Positions 17,521 to 29,594 of a DNA stretch of 32,000 nt are shown here, piece by piece. Each line of letters opens with the position of its first letter. Position 1 is the stretch's first letter. The notes beneath the pieces are model-generated. The model was given only the letters and a program-made list of their open reading frames with translations, was not told the origin of the DNA and ran no database searches. A program made the translations under genes and the position numbers. Source of the stretch: Cylindrospermopsis raciborskii Cr2010 (GTDB lineage: Bacteria > Cyanobacteriota > Cyanobacteriia > Cyanobacteriales > Nostocaceae); NCBI RefSeq assembly GCF_003367075.2, contig NZ_CP065936.1:1230001-1262000 (forward strand), in the 5' to 3' direction.

Positions 17521-17947
17521 CATAAGCATCACTCGCCGAACCAAATTAGACATCATTGATGAGCCAAATTTGTAATCATGATTATGTCCAAAATTTATCA
17601 AATTATCTTCTGGACTTCCCGTTTGACAGTATGCCCAGAAAAAACGTCTTTAATTCCAACAGAGGATATTTTAACCATTGTTTTATGTTTTAAATCCGAT
17701 TAATATAGGTTTTGTTTTCTTGGCGACAAAAACCACAAGCTTCAGCAACCCCTACCATAATTATTTATTTTGGATAAGTACGGTATGTCAATCGAATTAT
17801 AGTATTATTGGATTGTTTCATACCTCCACTAAAAAAACAAGTCTTAATGTCAGAATTTTTGCCAAAACTCAATTTTTATCCCCAAAGGATCTGAAAATAT
17901 GCCAAAGTACGGTTTCATTTCAGTTCATAAATCATTTCGCTAAGTCA

Positions 17948-18727
17948 ATGCTACAAAATTTCAACCTTTTTCATAGTTTCCTTTTGTTTACTACTTCCTT
18001 TATTGCTGGTTCACTAAATGCTGTAGCAGGAGGTGGTAGTTTTATTACCTTTCCTACTCTTATATTTGTTGGTATATCCCCAATCACTGCCAATGCCAGC
18101 AATAATACTGCTTTATGGATTGCTTCTATGGCTAGTGCAGGTGCCTATAGGCGTAATTTACGCATACCAAAGAAAGAATTTTTAGTTCTATGTGTTACCA
18201 GTTTGATTGGGGGAGTAATTGGATCTGTAATTTTGTTATACACATCACCAAATGTTTTTAAAAACTTACTACCCTATCTATTGCTATCAGCGACACTAAT
18301 TTTCACCTTTAATGATGTATTTCAAAAATGGTTACAGGTGCAAAATCAAAGATCCTTGGATACCCCAACCGCCCCTTTGTGGGTTCTGGTAATTGCTCAA
18401 CTAGCAATTTCCGTTTACGGTGGTTTTTTTGGTGCAGGTCTGGGGATTTTAATGTTAGCAACTTTAAGTTTTTTAGGTATTAAAAATATTCACTCTATGA
18501 ATGCTTTTAAAGCCTTTCTCGGTAGTTGTATCAATGGTATTGCCATCTTTCCCTTTATGTATGCTGGAATGATTGCCTGGCATCAAACTATACTAATGGC
18601 TATCGGCGGTTCCCTAGGTGGTTACTTGTGTGCTCATTACGCTTATAAGTTGAAACCCAGTTTCGTTAAAACAATTGTTATCGTTACTGGGTTCAGCATG
18701 ACTATTTACTTTTTTATTCGTAGCTAA
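17948..18727 (+). CDS. TauE/SafE-family sulfite/anion permease
   Basis: FTTSFIAGSLNAVAGGGSFITFPTLIFVGISPITANASNNTALW...GGVIGSVILLYTS; ATG at 17948 preferred over the provided 17678 start because the upstream extension does not look like this family. Confidence 0.88.
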   Translation: MLQNFNLFHSFLLFTTSFIAGSLNAVAGGGSFITFPTLIFVGISPITANASNNTALWIASMASAGAYRRNLRIPKKEFLVLCVTSLIGGVIGSVILLYTSPNVFKNLLPYLLLSATLIFTFNDVFQKWLQVQNQRSLDTPTAPLWVLVIAQLAISVYGGFFGAGLGILMLATLSFLGIKNIHSMNAFKAFLGSCINGIAIFPFMYAGMIAWHQTILMAIGGSLGGYLCAHYAYKLKPSFVKTIVIVTGFSMTIYFFIRS

Positions 18728-18758
18728 CATAGTTTTTGTAGTCATCAATACTTGATTA

Positions 18759-18929
18759 GATCTGATTAATAATGCAGGGTCAGCTCGTGCTGGATCATTT
18801 TTAGATCTTGATGATCAAGTATTTTTAGATGCTTGGCACTTGAAAGTTTTAGGATACATTCGTTTTGTAAGATTGGTAGTTCCCTACTTCAAACAGCAAA
18901 GTGATGGAAGGATTGTAAATATTATTGGG
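18759..18929 (+). pseudogene. short-chain dehydrogenase/reductase internal fragment
   Basis: Continuous frame DLINNAGSARAGSFLDLDDQVFLDAWHLKVLGYIRFVRLVVPYFKQQSDGRIVNIIG shows the NNAG motif region; no start, Rossmann N-terminus or YxxxK region. Confidence 0.8.
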
Positions 18930-19123
18930 TTTAATCTTGTAAATAAGTCCCGCATACTTGTTAAACTATTATCCAAGGCATAAGCCAACCAACACTCAAC
19001 ATAAAGACGGCTGTTCAAAACTGGATAATCATTTTTTGGTAACAGTCTGAGGATGTCCTTGACAATCTTGGGGAATGAATTTATGATCATTATCAAATCA
19101 ATATTTTGATATGGGTTGCCCAA
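18930..19123 (-). pseudogene. N-terminal remnant of an IS4-like transposase
   Basis: NSFPKIVKDILRLLPKNDYPVLNSRLYVECWLAYALDNSLTSMRDLFTRLN; homology appears to stop where the SDR fragment begins. Confidence 0.65.
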
Positions 19124-19144
19124 ATTTTAATATATTTTGGGCAA
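19116..19144 (+). terminator. terminator-like hairpin followed by a T run
   Basis: ttgcccaaa-ttttaatatat-tttgggcaa followed by ttttt. Confidence 0.45.
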
Positions 19145-19258
19145 TTTTTATCACAACTTTCTTAACATTCAACACTTCTGGGTATAATTAACTTACAAGT
19201 GCATAAATAAGGTGCAAGCAAGGCACTTTTAATCTACCTTTTTTGAGGCTTTGGTAAT

Positions 19259-19822
19259 ATGGCTGATGTGTTAGCTATTGCTGGTAGTCCTGCTCATCCT
19301 TCTAGAACATACGGGATTTTAGAGTATGCTACTCAGTTAATTTCTGAACAAGGTTTGGAAACAACTATTATTTCTGTCCGGGATTTGCCTGCTGAGGATT
19401 TAGTTTACGGGCGCTATAACAGTCCTGCACTGGAAAAGCCCAAAGAGCTGATACAGCAGGCTAGTGGTATCATAATTGCCACCCCTATTTATAAAGCTGC
19501 ATACACAGGAGTACTCAAGTCTTTCTTAGACCTATTACCCCAAAAAGCTTTAAGCGGTAAGATACTACTTCCCTTTGCTACTGGTGGTACTATTGCCCAT
19601 CTCTTAGCAATTGAATATGCTTTAAAACCAGTTTTATCTGAACTGGGTGCTAGGCATATTTTAAGTACAGTATATGCAGTAGATAAGCAAATTCAATTTT
19701 CCCAAGAGGGTTCGATTCAATTAGAAGAAGAGCTAGCCCAGAGACTACATGAAAATGTAGGAGAGTTGGTACGACTTGTTAATTCTGTAAAAGTTAATGA
19801 ACAAAAGTTGTCAGTTTCCTAA
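19259..19822 (+). CDS. ssuE: NADPH-dependent FMN reductase, SsuE-like
   Basis: VLAIAGSPAHPSRTYGILEYA...SPALEKPKELIQQASGIIIATPIYKAAYTGVLKSFLDLLPQKALSGKILLPFATGGT. Confidence 0.88.
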   Translation: MADVLAIAGSPAHPSRTYGILEYATQLISEQGLETTIISVRDLPAEDLVYGRYNSPALEKPKELIQQASGIIIATPIYKAAYTGVLKSFLDLLPQKALSGKILLPFATGGTIAHLLAIEYALKPVLSELGARHILSTVYAVDKQIQFSQEGSIQLEEELAQRLHENVGELVRLVNSVKVNEQKLSVS

Positions 19823-19846
19823 AAACTAAAGTGGAGGCAATTAGCT

Positions 19847-20038
19847 ATGATAAGCGGACAAAAAGCAATTTGGAAAAGACTCAGAAGTAGCAAGCTATTT
19901 GTTATAGGGTTAGCAATCTTCTCATGTTTATTAATTACTCCTCTGTTGCACTTACCCGCATGGGGAAATGTTACTAACAGCAGGATCCAGTTTGTTAGTC
20001 CTAACTGGGTAGCAGAAAATATTAAGTTATATCGTTGA
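19847..20038 (+). pseudogene. possible truncated exported sulfurtransferase (rhodanese) start
   Basis: Signal-peptide-like hydrophobic stretch LFVIGLAIFSCLLITPLLHLPAWG followed by IQFVSPNWVAENIK, resembling the first residues of a rhodanese domain, then stop. Confidence 0.4.
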
Positions 20039-20148
20039 ATTTAGCCAATCGGTAAACCTTTCTCAACAAAACGATTTAATGGCTTGTACCAGAACTAAAA
20101 AAGGTCAACCATCAGATGATAAAGGCGAAAACCCGTCTAGGACTTGAT

Positions 20149-20206
20149 TAGCAATAGCTTAACGGTTTGGGGGGTGGTTCGCCGCCTCCCTAAGTGGTTA
20201 TTGTTA
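20149..20206 (+). ncRNA. possible structured RNA element of unknown class
   Basis: Inner 9-bp helix ggggggtgg-TTCG-ccgcctccc (20169-20190, G-U wobbles on the plus strand only) nested in an 8-bp outer helix tagcaata/tattgtta (20149-20156 with 20199-20206). Confidence 0.3.
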
Positions 20207-20234
20207 GCCCATGAGTAAACTGTGACTGGCACTT

Positions 20235-21125
20235 TTGATGAAAACATACACTCAACCGGAAAAATTAATTGTGGCGATCGCCCCTGTAGGAATATCAGGA
20301 GTGATAGGAGCATTTATCTTTGGGATAGGGATGCAATTAGGTGGAGCTTGTGGTTGTGGCACACTTTACACTATAGGTAGTGGCAATTATACCATGATCA
20401 TCACCCTAATCACCTTTTGTTTGGGGTCATTTTGTGCCAGCATAAGCCAAGACCTTTGGTCTGGATTACCGCAAATCCCCCCCATAGTCTTAGGTGAAAC
20501 CATTGGTTGGAAGAATGCAGTAATTGTCCAACTAATCATTTTTTTCTTTTTAGCGATAATAGTGGGTATTTGGACTAAAAACAGTCCCACCTCGCCAAAA
20601 AATAGCAGCTGGAGAAATTTTTTATACAATCCATGGTCGATATTTACGGGAGGGATTATTTTAGGGTTACTAAACTGGTTAACCCTAGTAATTTCTGGAC
20701 AACCCTGGCGAATCACCTGGGGGTTTGCATTGTGGATGGCTAAAATTGCCATGTTTTTGGGCTGGAACCCATCCAGTAGCAAATTTTGGGATGGGGATCC
20801 AGCACTTTCCAGTTCAGTCCTAGCGGATACCACCTCAATCATGAACCTAGGTTTGATTCTAGGTGCATTATTGGCAGCTGGTTTAGCTGGTAAATTAATA
20901 CCACAAACGGCAACTAACCCCTCAACACTCCTTTCTAAAGCAGTGGGTGGACTAATCATGGGTTTCGGAGCTTTTGCTGCTTTTGGATGTAATATTGGTG
21001 CCTTTTTCAGTGGCATTGCTTCCACCAGCTTACACGGTTGGCTGTGGATTATTTTTGCCCTATTAGGTACTTTCTTGATTATTAAGTTCACTTTCCCCCA
21101 AACTAAATTAGGGGCAATCAAGTAA
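20235..21125 (+). CDS. YeeE/YedE-family sulfur/thiosulfate transporter, possibly N-terminally truncated
   Basis: FGIGMQLGGACGCGTLYTIGSGN and GLIMGFGAFAAFGCNIGAFFSGIASTSLHGW are characteristic repeats; the N-terminal TM segments usual for the family appear missing. Confidence 0.85.
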   Translation: MMKTYTQPEKLIVAIAPVGISGVIGAFIFGIGMQLGGACGCGTLYTIGSGNYTMIITLITFCLGSFCASISQDLWSGLPQIPPIVLGETIGWKNAVIVQLIIFFFLAIIVGIWTKNSPTSPKNSSWRNFLYNPWSIFTGGIILGLLNWLTLVISGQPWRITWGFALWMAKIAMFLGWNPSSSKFWDGDPALSSSVLADTTSIMNLGLILGALLAAGLAGKLIPQTATNPSTLLSKAVGGLIMGFGAFAAFGCNIGAFFSGIASTSLHGWLWIIFALLGTFLIIKFTFPQTKLGAIK

Positions 21126-21146
21126 AAATCTCAAAAAAGAGTATAA

Positions 21147-23465
<2,319 letters not shown>

Positions 23466-23488
<23 letters not shown>

Positions 23489-25307
23489 CTTCCTCAGGTA
23501 AAAATCCACCCGCCTGCATTTTCCATAGTTTGTAATAGGTTCCACCCAATGCCAGCAAATCATCATGAGAACCGTCCTCAACAATACGACCCCTGTCAAA
23601 TACCAAAATACGATCTAAATGAGAAATGGTAGACAAACGATGGGCCACCACAATCACTGTCTTATCATTCATTGCCAGATCCAAAGTTTCCTGAATTGCC
23701 TTTTCAGTAATAGAATCCAAACTAGAAGTTGCCTCATCTAAAATCAAAATTGGTGCATCCTTTAAAATAACCCTAGCAATAGCAATCCTCTGTCTTTGTC
23801 CTCCAGATAACTTCACTCCTCGTTCTCCCACTAAAGAATTATAACCATTATTCATTTGAGCAATAAAATCATGGGCATAAGCCTTGATTGCGGCTATTTT
23901 CACATCTTCATCTTCAGCTTCTAAACGACCATAACGAATATTTTCCAGTAAAGTGCGATGGAACAAAGAAGGATCCTGAGGAATTAAACTAATCTGAGAA
24001 TGGAGAGAATCCTGAGTCATTTCCCTAATATCCACCCCATCAATAAGAATTTTTCCTGATTGAGGGTCAAACAACCGCAAAATTAAATTCACAAAAGTGG
24101 ATTTACCAGACCCAGAAAATCCCACTAAGCCCACCCGCTGACCCGGTTCAATTGCCACGGAAAGATTTTCAAAAACCTTTTTCTCCCGAGAATAACTAAA
24201 GTTAACCTGGCGAAACTCAATCCTTCCTTGAAAAAATTGGTGAGCAAGAGCATGCTCCTTATCAATTAACTCATGAGGTTGAACTATTATATGAACTCCA
24301 TTAGCTATATTACCAATGTGTTCAAAAAATTCAATAAACCTGCGACTTAAGTTCTTCGCTTCACTAATAATTAACAACGACAAACTCGTTGCTACCACAA
24401 AATCCGCTGCTGTAATTAATCCCCCACTCCACAAAAATATAGAATAATACAAAGTACTAACTTTAAGAATAGCAGCAGAAATAAATTGAAACCAACGAAT
24501 TCTCTCCGAATACCAATTAGCTCTCCTTACCTCCTTAAGTTCATACCTTAATCGCTCATTTAAATATTCCCTTTCAAAGCCCAAACGAGCAAATAACCTA
24601 GTGCTACTAAGATTTGTTACAGCATCAACAATAATACCTGTAGTGTCACTTCTAGCCGCTGCTGCCCTGCGAGAATAAATTCGACAACGAGTAGCTAACC
24701 AAAAAGAAATAGTAATAAACAAAACTGCCCACGTACCAACTAATGCTGCTAAGGGAGGATAGGTACGATAAAGCAAAATTGTGGATACCACATACACAAT
24801 TATTAAAGACATAAACTCAGTAATCAGCATTTGCATTGTTTGAGTAACACCTAAAGATGTTTCACCAATACGATGTGCTAATGCTCCCGCAAAACTACTA
24901 CTTAAATAACGATGGGAATGATATTGCAAATAGGCGTACAGTGAGCGGACAATATGCTGACGATGAATAGGATGCAGAATAGTTTGTAATAAACCCGCAG
25001 CACGCCCAAAAACTACCTCACCAATAATAAGAAAAGTAAATAAAGTTAAAGGTTGTTTAATAGCTGCAAAAATTTCTCCACTATTGGTATGAGCTACTGT
25101 CACAGTACGAATTATCTCTCCTATAGCGTATGGCAACATAATTCCACAGGTAGCATGTAATATTTCAGACACCACCATTGCCACATACCACCAGCGAAAC
25201 TGGTTCACAAAATAACAAACAAACCGGAATGGTGTATTAGGCAAATTAGGTGCTTCAGATGCACGCTGAAAAGACTGCCAAGGTCTTACATTTTTGAACA
25301 TTAACAT
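23466..25307 (-). CDS. ABC transporter, fused permease and ATPase (exporter type)
   Basis: Walker A GFSGSGKST, signature KLSGGQRQRIAIAR, Walker B ILILDEATSSLDS, N-terminal TM domain. Confidence 0.95.
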
Positions 25308-25401
25308 CTATCTCTTACAAACCAACACCAGCAATAAAAATATCTCTGGCCAAAAGCCAGAGAGTTCTACCGTTCAACCCCCCAAATCATCAAAACCGTC
25401 T

Positions 25402-26943
25402 TTATACTGACACCAAATTTTGCTCCAGACTTTCTACCTTTAAAGACCTAGCTACCTTAGATTCAATTACCGTACCCTGGAAGAAATCGGGATTAGCTTC
25501 CGTATAGAACTTATAAGGATTACCAAACACATAGGCTTGGAAATCATCCTCAGAAAGCACACCCTCCTGAACCAAATCCCAGCTTTCCGCTAAAGGATCT
25601 GTTAAATCAGGCACATCCCAATGACCCACATCAGAAGAATAAATAGCGTTGATTTTTACATTTAAGGGATTAGCTCGATTATTGAATGCACTGGCAATAG
25701 TCCGGTCATCCGACTCGGAACCAAAGAAGAAACTGTTTACCCATCGATCGCGTATATCCTCAATAGATTCAATCCCCGCAGCAGCAAAATCTTCTAACTC
25801 ACTGCCCACAGGGGAACGACTAAAACGAGTAAAAGAAGATCCCAAAACACTTCGAGTTAGCTCCTCTTTACTCAGAGAATATCCCTCCAGTAATTCTGCA
25901 CCAAATTTCAAGAACAGCTCATACAACTCATGACTATTAGCCAGGTCCGGGTTATAGTTTTGTAACCCATTCAAACTACGCTTAGAAAAACGATCCACCA
26001 GATGAATATAAACATGAGCGCCCCAATCTGCTCCACCTTCTAACATCCCCACACGCAATTTAGGAAAACGCTTAGTTACACCACCAAAAAATAGGGCCTT
26101 AGCAAACGCCTGAGAACCATCAGCAAAATGACCAATATGGTTGTTCATATAATTACTGATGGAAGAACGACCTGTCCACCCCTGACTACCATAATGAGTA
26201 GTTACAGGTACTCCTAACTCAACCACCTTCGCCCAAAAAGGATCATAGTCATATTCACTGTCTATGCCATAAAAATCAATATAAGACGCATATCTGGCAA
26301 TTTCCGGATATTCCTCAGCCGGATACTTATCCGCGATCGCCCGAATAGGTCTTTTCACACCACCAGGAATATTAGCCACCTTCAAACCCAGAGTTTTTAC
26401 GGCAAATTCCAGTTCCTCAATCGCTTCTTGAGGGGTGTTCATGGGAATTCCCGCCACCACCGTCAGGCGATCGCTATATTTGCGATATAAATCGGCATGA
26501 TAATGATTAATTGCCCGCTGTAGTGCTTGACGAGTATCATTACTAGCACCTGCGGGTGCTAAAACATTATTAGGGAAGAGTACGGAATAATCAGATCCTT
26601 GCTCTGCTTGGCGCTCATAAAACAATTCCGGCAAAGTATACGTAGCTAAATCTAAGGTATTGCGGGTTACTCTTGCCCACCAGGGAGAGCGAATAGTACG
26701 ATAATATTGACGTTCTTCCTGTGTTTGTTCATACCAGTCTTTACCCTTAGCCTTAGAATTGAGGCGGGAAGATTCTGCTTTACGTAGTGAATCTACCAAT
26801 CTTGATCCCCCATAGTTAGCAATATAATCTTCTAAAGCAGGGGTAAAATCATTGGTATGAACATCAGTATCGATTACAGGATAATTGAGCTTAGACTTAA
26901 TCGCAGCGGAGCGAGAGCTTTTACGTTTGCTATATTCAGCCAT
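25402..26943 (-). CDS. amidohydrolase-family (TIM-barrel) protein
   Basis: YPVIDTDVHTNDFTPALEDYI...VPVTTHYGSQGW...LRVGMLEGGADWGAHVYIHLVDRFSKR...INAIYSSDVGHWD. Confidence 0.85.
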   Translation of the reverse strand: MAEYSKRKSSRSAAIKSKLNYPVIDTDVHTNDFTPALEDYIANYGGSRLVDSLRKAESSRLNSKAKGKDWYEQTQEERQYYRTIRSPWWARVTRNTLDLATYTLPELFYERQAEQGSDYSVLFPNNVLAPAGASNDTRQALQRAINHYHADLYRKYSDRLTVVAGIPMNTPQEAIEELEFAVKTLGLKVANIPGGVKRPIRAIADKYPAEEYPEIARYASYIDFYGIDSEYDYDPFWAKVVELGVPVTTHYGSQGWTGRSSISNYMNNHIGHFADGSQAFAKALFFGGVTKRFPKLRVGMLEGGADWGAHVYIHLVDRFSKRSLNGLQNYNPDLANSHELYELFLKFGAELLEGYSLSKEELTRSVLGSSFTRFSRSPVGSELEDFAAAGIESIEDIRDRWVNSFFFGSESDDRTIASAFNNRANPLNVKINAIYSSDVGHWDVPDLTDPLAESWDLVQEGVLSEDDFQAYVFGNPYKFYTEANPDFFQGTVIESKVARSLKVESLEQNLVSV

Positions 26944-27008
26944 ATTTTCTCCTGAAACAAATTGGTTACAAACTGGTTAATAATTTATGAATAGCGGAAA
27001 AGACCTAA

Positions 27009-28373
27009 CTAAGCCAAAACCAACGCTTGAGAATCTTTCTTAGCGGCAAATTGATTAGGTGGACGACGTAAACCCAGATTTTCGCGGAGGGTATTGCCCT
27101 CGTACTCAGTACGGAAGAGTCCGCGTTTCTGGAGAATAGGAACCACTAAATCAACAAAATCATCCAATCCGGTAGGAAGAATTGGCGGCATAATATTGAA
27201 GCCATCTGCAGCACCACTGTTAAACCACTCCTCTAATTGGTCAGCAATACTTTCAGGAGTGCCAATAATAGTGCGGTGTCCTCTAGCTGTTGCCAAAGCA
27301 AGATAAAGTTCACGCAGGGTCAAACTCCCTCGATGAGCTAAATCCTGAACCAATTTCAGACGACTCTTATTATTGTTTGTCTCACTGGGCAACTCAGGAG
27401 CAATATCATCCAGAGAATAACCAGACAAATCCACCCCCTTGTAATAGGTTTTTAAAATTCCCCAAGCCACATCCGGATGAATTAGCGACTGAATAAACTC
27501 ATACTTCTCCTGAGCTTCTTCCTCCGTTCTCCCAATAACCGGAAAAGCACCGGGCATAATTTTCAGATCCTCAAAGGAACGTCCGTATTTTCCTAACCTA
27601 CCCTTAATATCAGAGTAAAACTCCTGAGCATCACTCAAAGTTTGATTAGCAGTAAAAATCACCTCAGCAGTGCGAGCAGCTAACTCCCTTCCCGCTTCCG
27701 AAGCACCAGCTTGCACTATTACGGGATATCCCTGAGGAGGACGACCCACATTCAACGGACCCTTAACCGAAAAATATTTACCCTGATGATTGAGGATATG
27801 TAACTTATCCGGATCAAAGTAAATCCCCGATTCCCTGTCCCGAATAAACGCATCATCCTCCCAACTGTCCCACAAACCCTTAACTACCTCCACAAACTCT
27901 TCTGCTCGCTCATAACGCTGACTATGTTCCGGATGATATTCCAACCCAAAATTAGCCGCAGCATTTTCATTACCGGTAGTGACCACATTCCATCCTGCTC
28001 GACCATTACTTAAATAGTCTAAAGAAGCAAACTTCCTTGCCAAATTGTAAGGATCTTCATAAGTAGTAGAAGCAGTAGCAATAAAGCCAATATTCTTGGT
28101 TACCGATGATAAAGCGGAAAATAAAGTTACAGGCTCAAAATGAGCTAACTTACCATTCCGTTTTTGAGTTTCTGGTGTGCCACCCCATATTCCAGGGCTA
28201 TCGGCTAAAAAAACCGCATCAAGCAGTCCCCTTTCCGCAGTTCGGGTTATTTCCCAATAGTGCAAAAAATTTAAACCAGCATCTATTTGCGCCTCTGGAT
28301 GTCGCCAGGCAGAAACATGATGTCCAGTAGCCTGAATAAATGCACCTAAATGAAACCTACGCTTCTCACCCAT
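27009..28373 (-). CDS. LLM-class flavin-dependent monooxygenase, NtaA/SnaA/DszA-like
   Basis: HVSAWRHPEAQIDAGLNFLHYWEITRTAERGLLDAVFLADS...FEPVTLFSALSSVTKNIGFIATASTTYEDPYNLARKFASLDYLSNGRAGWNVVTT. Confidence 0.92.
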   Translation of the reverse strand: MGEKRRFHLGAFIQATGHHVSAWRHPEAQIDAGLNFLHYWEITRTAERGLLDAVFLADSPGIWGGTPETQKRNGKLAHFEPVTLFSALSSVTKNIGFIATASTTYEDPYNLARKFASLDYLSNGRAGWNVVTTGNENAAANFGLEYHPEHSQRYERAEEFVEVVKGLWDSWEDDAFIRDRESGIYFDPDKLHILNHQGKYFSVKGPLNVGRPPQGYPVIVQAGASEAGRELAARTAEVIFTANQTLSDAQEFYSDIKGRLGKYGRSFEDLKIMPGAFPVIGRTEEEAQEKYEFIQSLIHPDVAWGILKTYYKGVDLSGYSLDDIAPELPSETNNNKSRLKLVQDLAHRGSLTLRELYLALATARGHRTIIGTPESIADQLEEWFNSGAADGFNIMPPILPTGLDDFVDLVVPILQKRGLFRTEYEGNTLRENLGLRRPPNQFAAKKDSQALVLA

Positions 28374-28745
28374 CTGTCTATTTCCACTTATAAAAAGTTC
28401 ACTATTTTAATGATGAATATACTCTTCTAACAAAGCTTAACAGCTATTTAATCTGAAGCCCTCATCACCATCAAACTAAATACCGGTAACTTGACCGAGT
28501 AAAAGTAGTTTACACCCAACCATCAAAAAAAAGATGTATCAGTCATCACATTTTATTAAAAACTAATAAAAAACTAATAATTAGACAACCTAACATTAAA
28601 ATCCCCTAACTAAAAATAGGTTCCCAGGATTTGCACGCATTTTTAGAGAAATTTAGAAAACTTCTTGACTTATAACCACAACTATGATGTACTAACAGTT
28701 AGAAAAACTAAATATTAGTTCAGTAAAAAAAAGGCAGGTCTCCTC

Positions 28746-29594
28746 ATGGTGGCTAAACTCACGGAAACGCCAGAATTAGTATCGGGTAACTTACCAGAAG
28801 TAATATTACAAACACTGGAACTCAGAAGATGTTTTGACAAATTTGTAGCAGTTGACGACCTAAGTATTTACGTTAAGTCAGGAGAGGTATTCGGTTTATT
28901 AGGTCCTAATGGAGCTGGTAAAAGCACAGTCATAAAAATCCTCACCACCCTATTACCTGCAAGTGGGGGTAAGGCCTACCTAAGCGGTTATGATGTGACT
29001 CGCCAACCTAATGCCATCAGGAGAGTAGTTGGCTACGTGCCACAAGCCCTATCAGCTGATGGCACCCTAACCGGCTATGAAAACCTATTAATATTTGCCA
29101 AAATCTATGATATACCTACTCGACATAGAAAACAGCGAATCAGAGAAATGTTAGAATTTATGGGATTAGAGAACGTAGCCCATCGAATGGTGAGAAACTA
29201 TTCCGGGGGGATGATTCGCAAACTAGAAATTGCCCAAGCCATTCTCCACCAACCCCAGATTTTATTTCTGGATGAGCCAACCGTAGGATTAGATCCCGTA
29301 GCCAGGTCTCAAGTCTGGCAACTTATGGAACAGCTCCAGAAACAACATGGCACAACCATTTTTCTCACCACCCACTTTTTAGAAGAAGCAGACGCCCTTT
29401 GCGATCGCGTAGCCATTATGAACAGGGGTAAAGAAATTATCACTGGTTCCCCATCACAATTAAAAGCCTCCATCAACAAACCACAAGCCAGTTTAGACGA
29501 CGTATTTATCCATTACGCAGGGAATCAACTAATATCAGGAGTTAGCTACAGTGAAACCGCTAGAACTAGACGTGCAACCCAACGCTTGGGATAA
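28746..29594 (+). CDS. ABC-2 type exporter ATP-binding protein (DrrA-like)
   Basis: GLLGPNGAGKSTVIKILTTLL, YSGGMIRKLEIAQAILHQPQILFLDEPTVGLDPVARSQVW. Confidence 0.95.
   Translation: MVAKLTETPELVSGNLPEVILQTLELRRCFDKFVAVDDLSIYVKSGEVFGLLGPNGAGKSTVIKILTTLLPASGGKAYLSGYDVTRQPNAIRRVVGYVPQALSADGTLTGYENLLIFAKIYDIPTRHRKQRIREMLEFMGLENVAHRMVRNYSGGMIRKLEIAQAILHQPQILFLDEPTVGLDPVARSQVWQLMEQLQKQHGTTIFLTTHFLEEADALCDRVAIMNRGKEIITGSPSQLKASINKPQASLDDVFIHYAGNQLISGVSYSETARTRRATQRLG

Noticed and set aside
17678-17947. N-terminal 90 aa of the supplied ORF at 17678-18727
   Set aside because: Composition and content do not fit TauE/SafE; an ATG at 17948 gives the expected start, so the extension is likely non-coding.
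20387-21121. 244-aa minus-strand ORF
   Set aside because: Fully antisense to the YeeE/YedE gene, whose plus-strand product has clear family motifs; low-complexity shadow ORF.
28561-28600. Short A/T-rich direct repeats (aaaaactaataaaaaactaataatta)
   Set aside because: Too short and AT-biased to distinguish from background; no regularly spaced CRISPR-like array.
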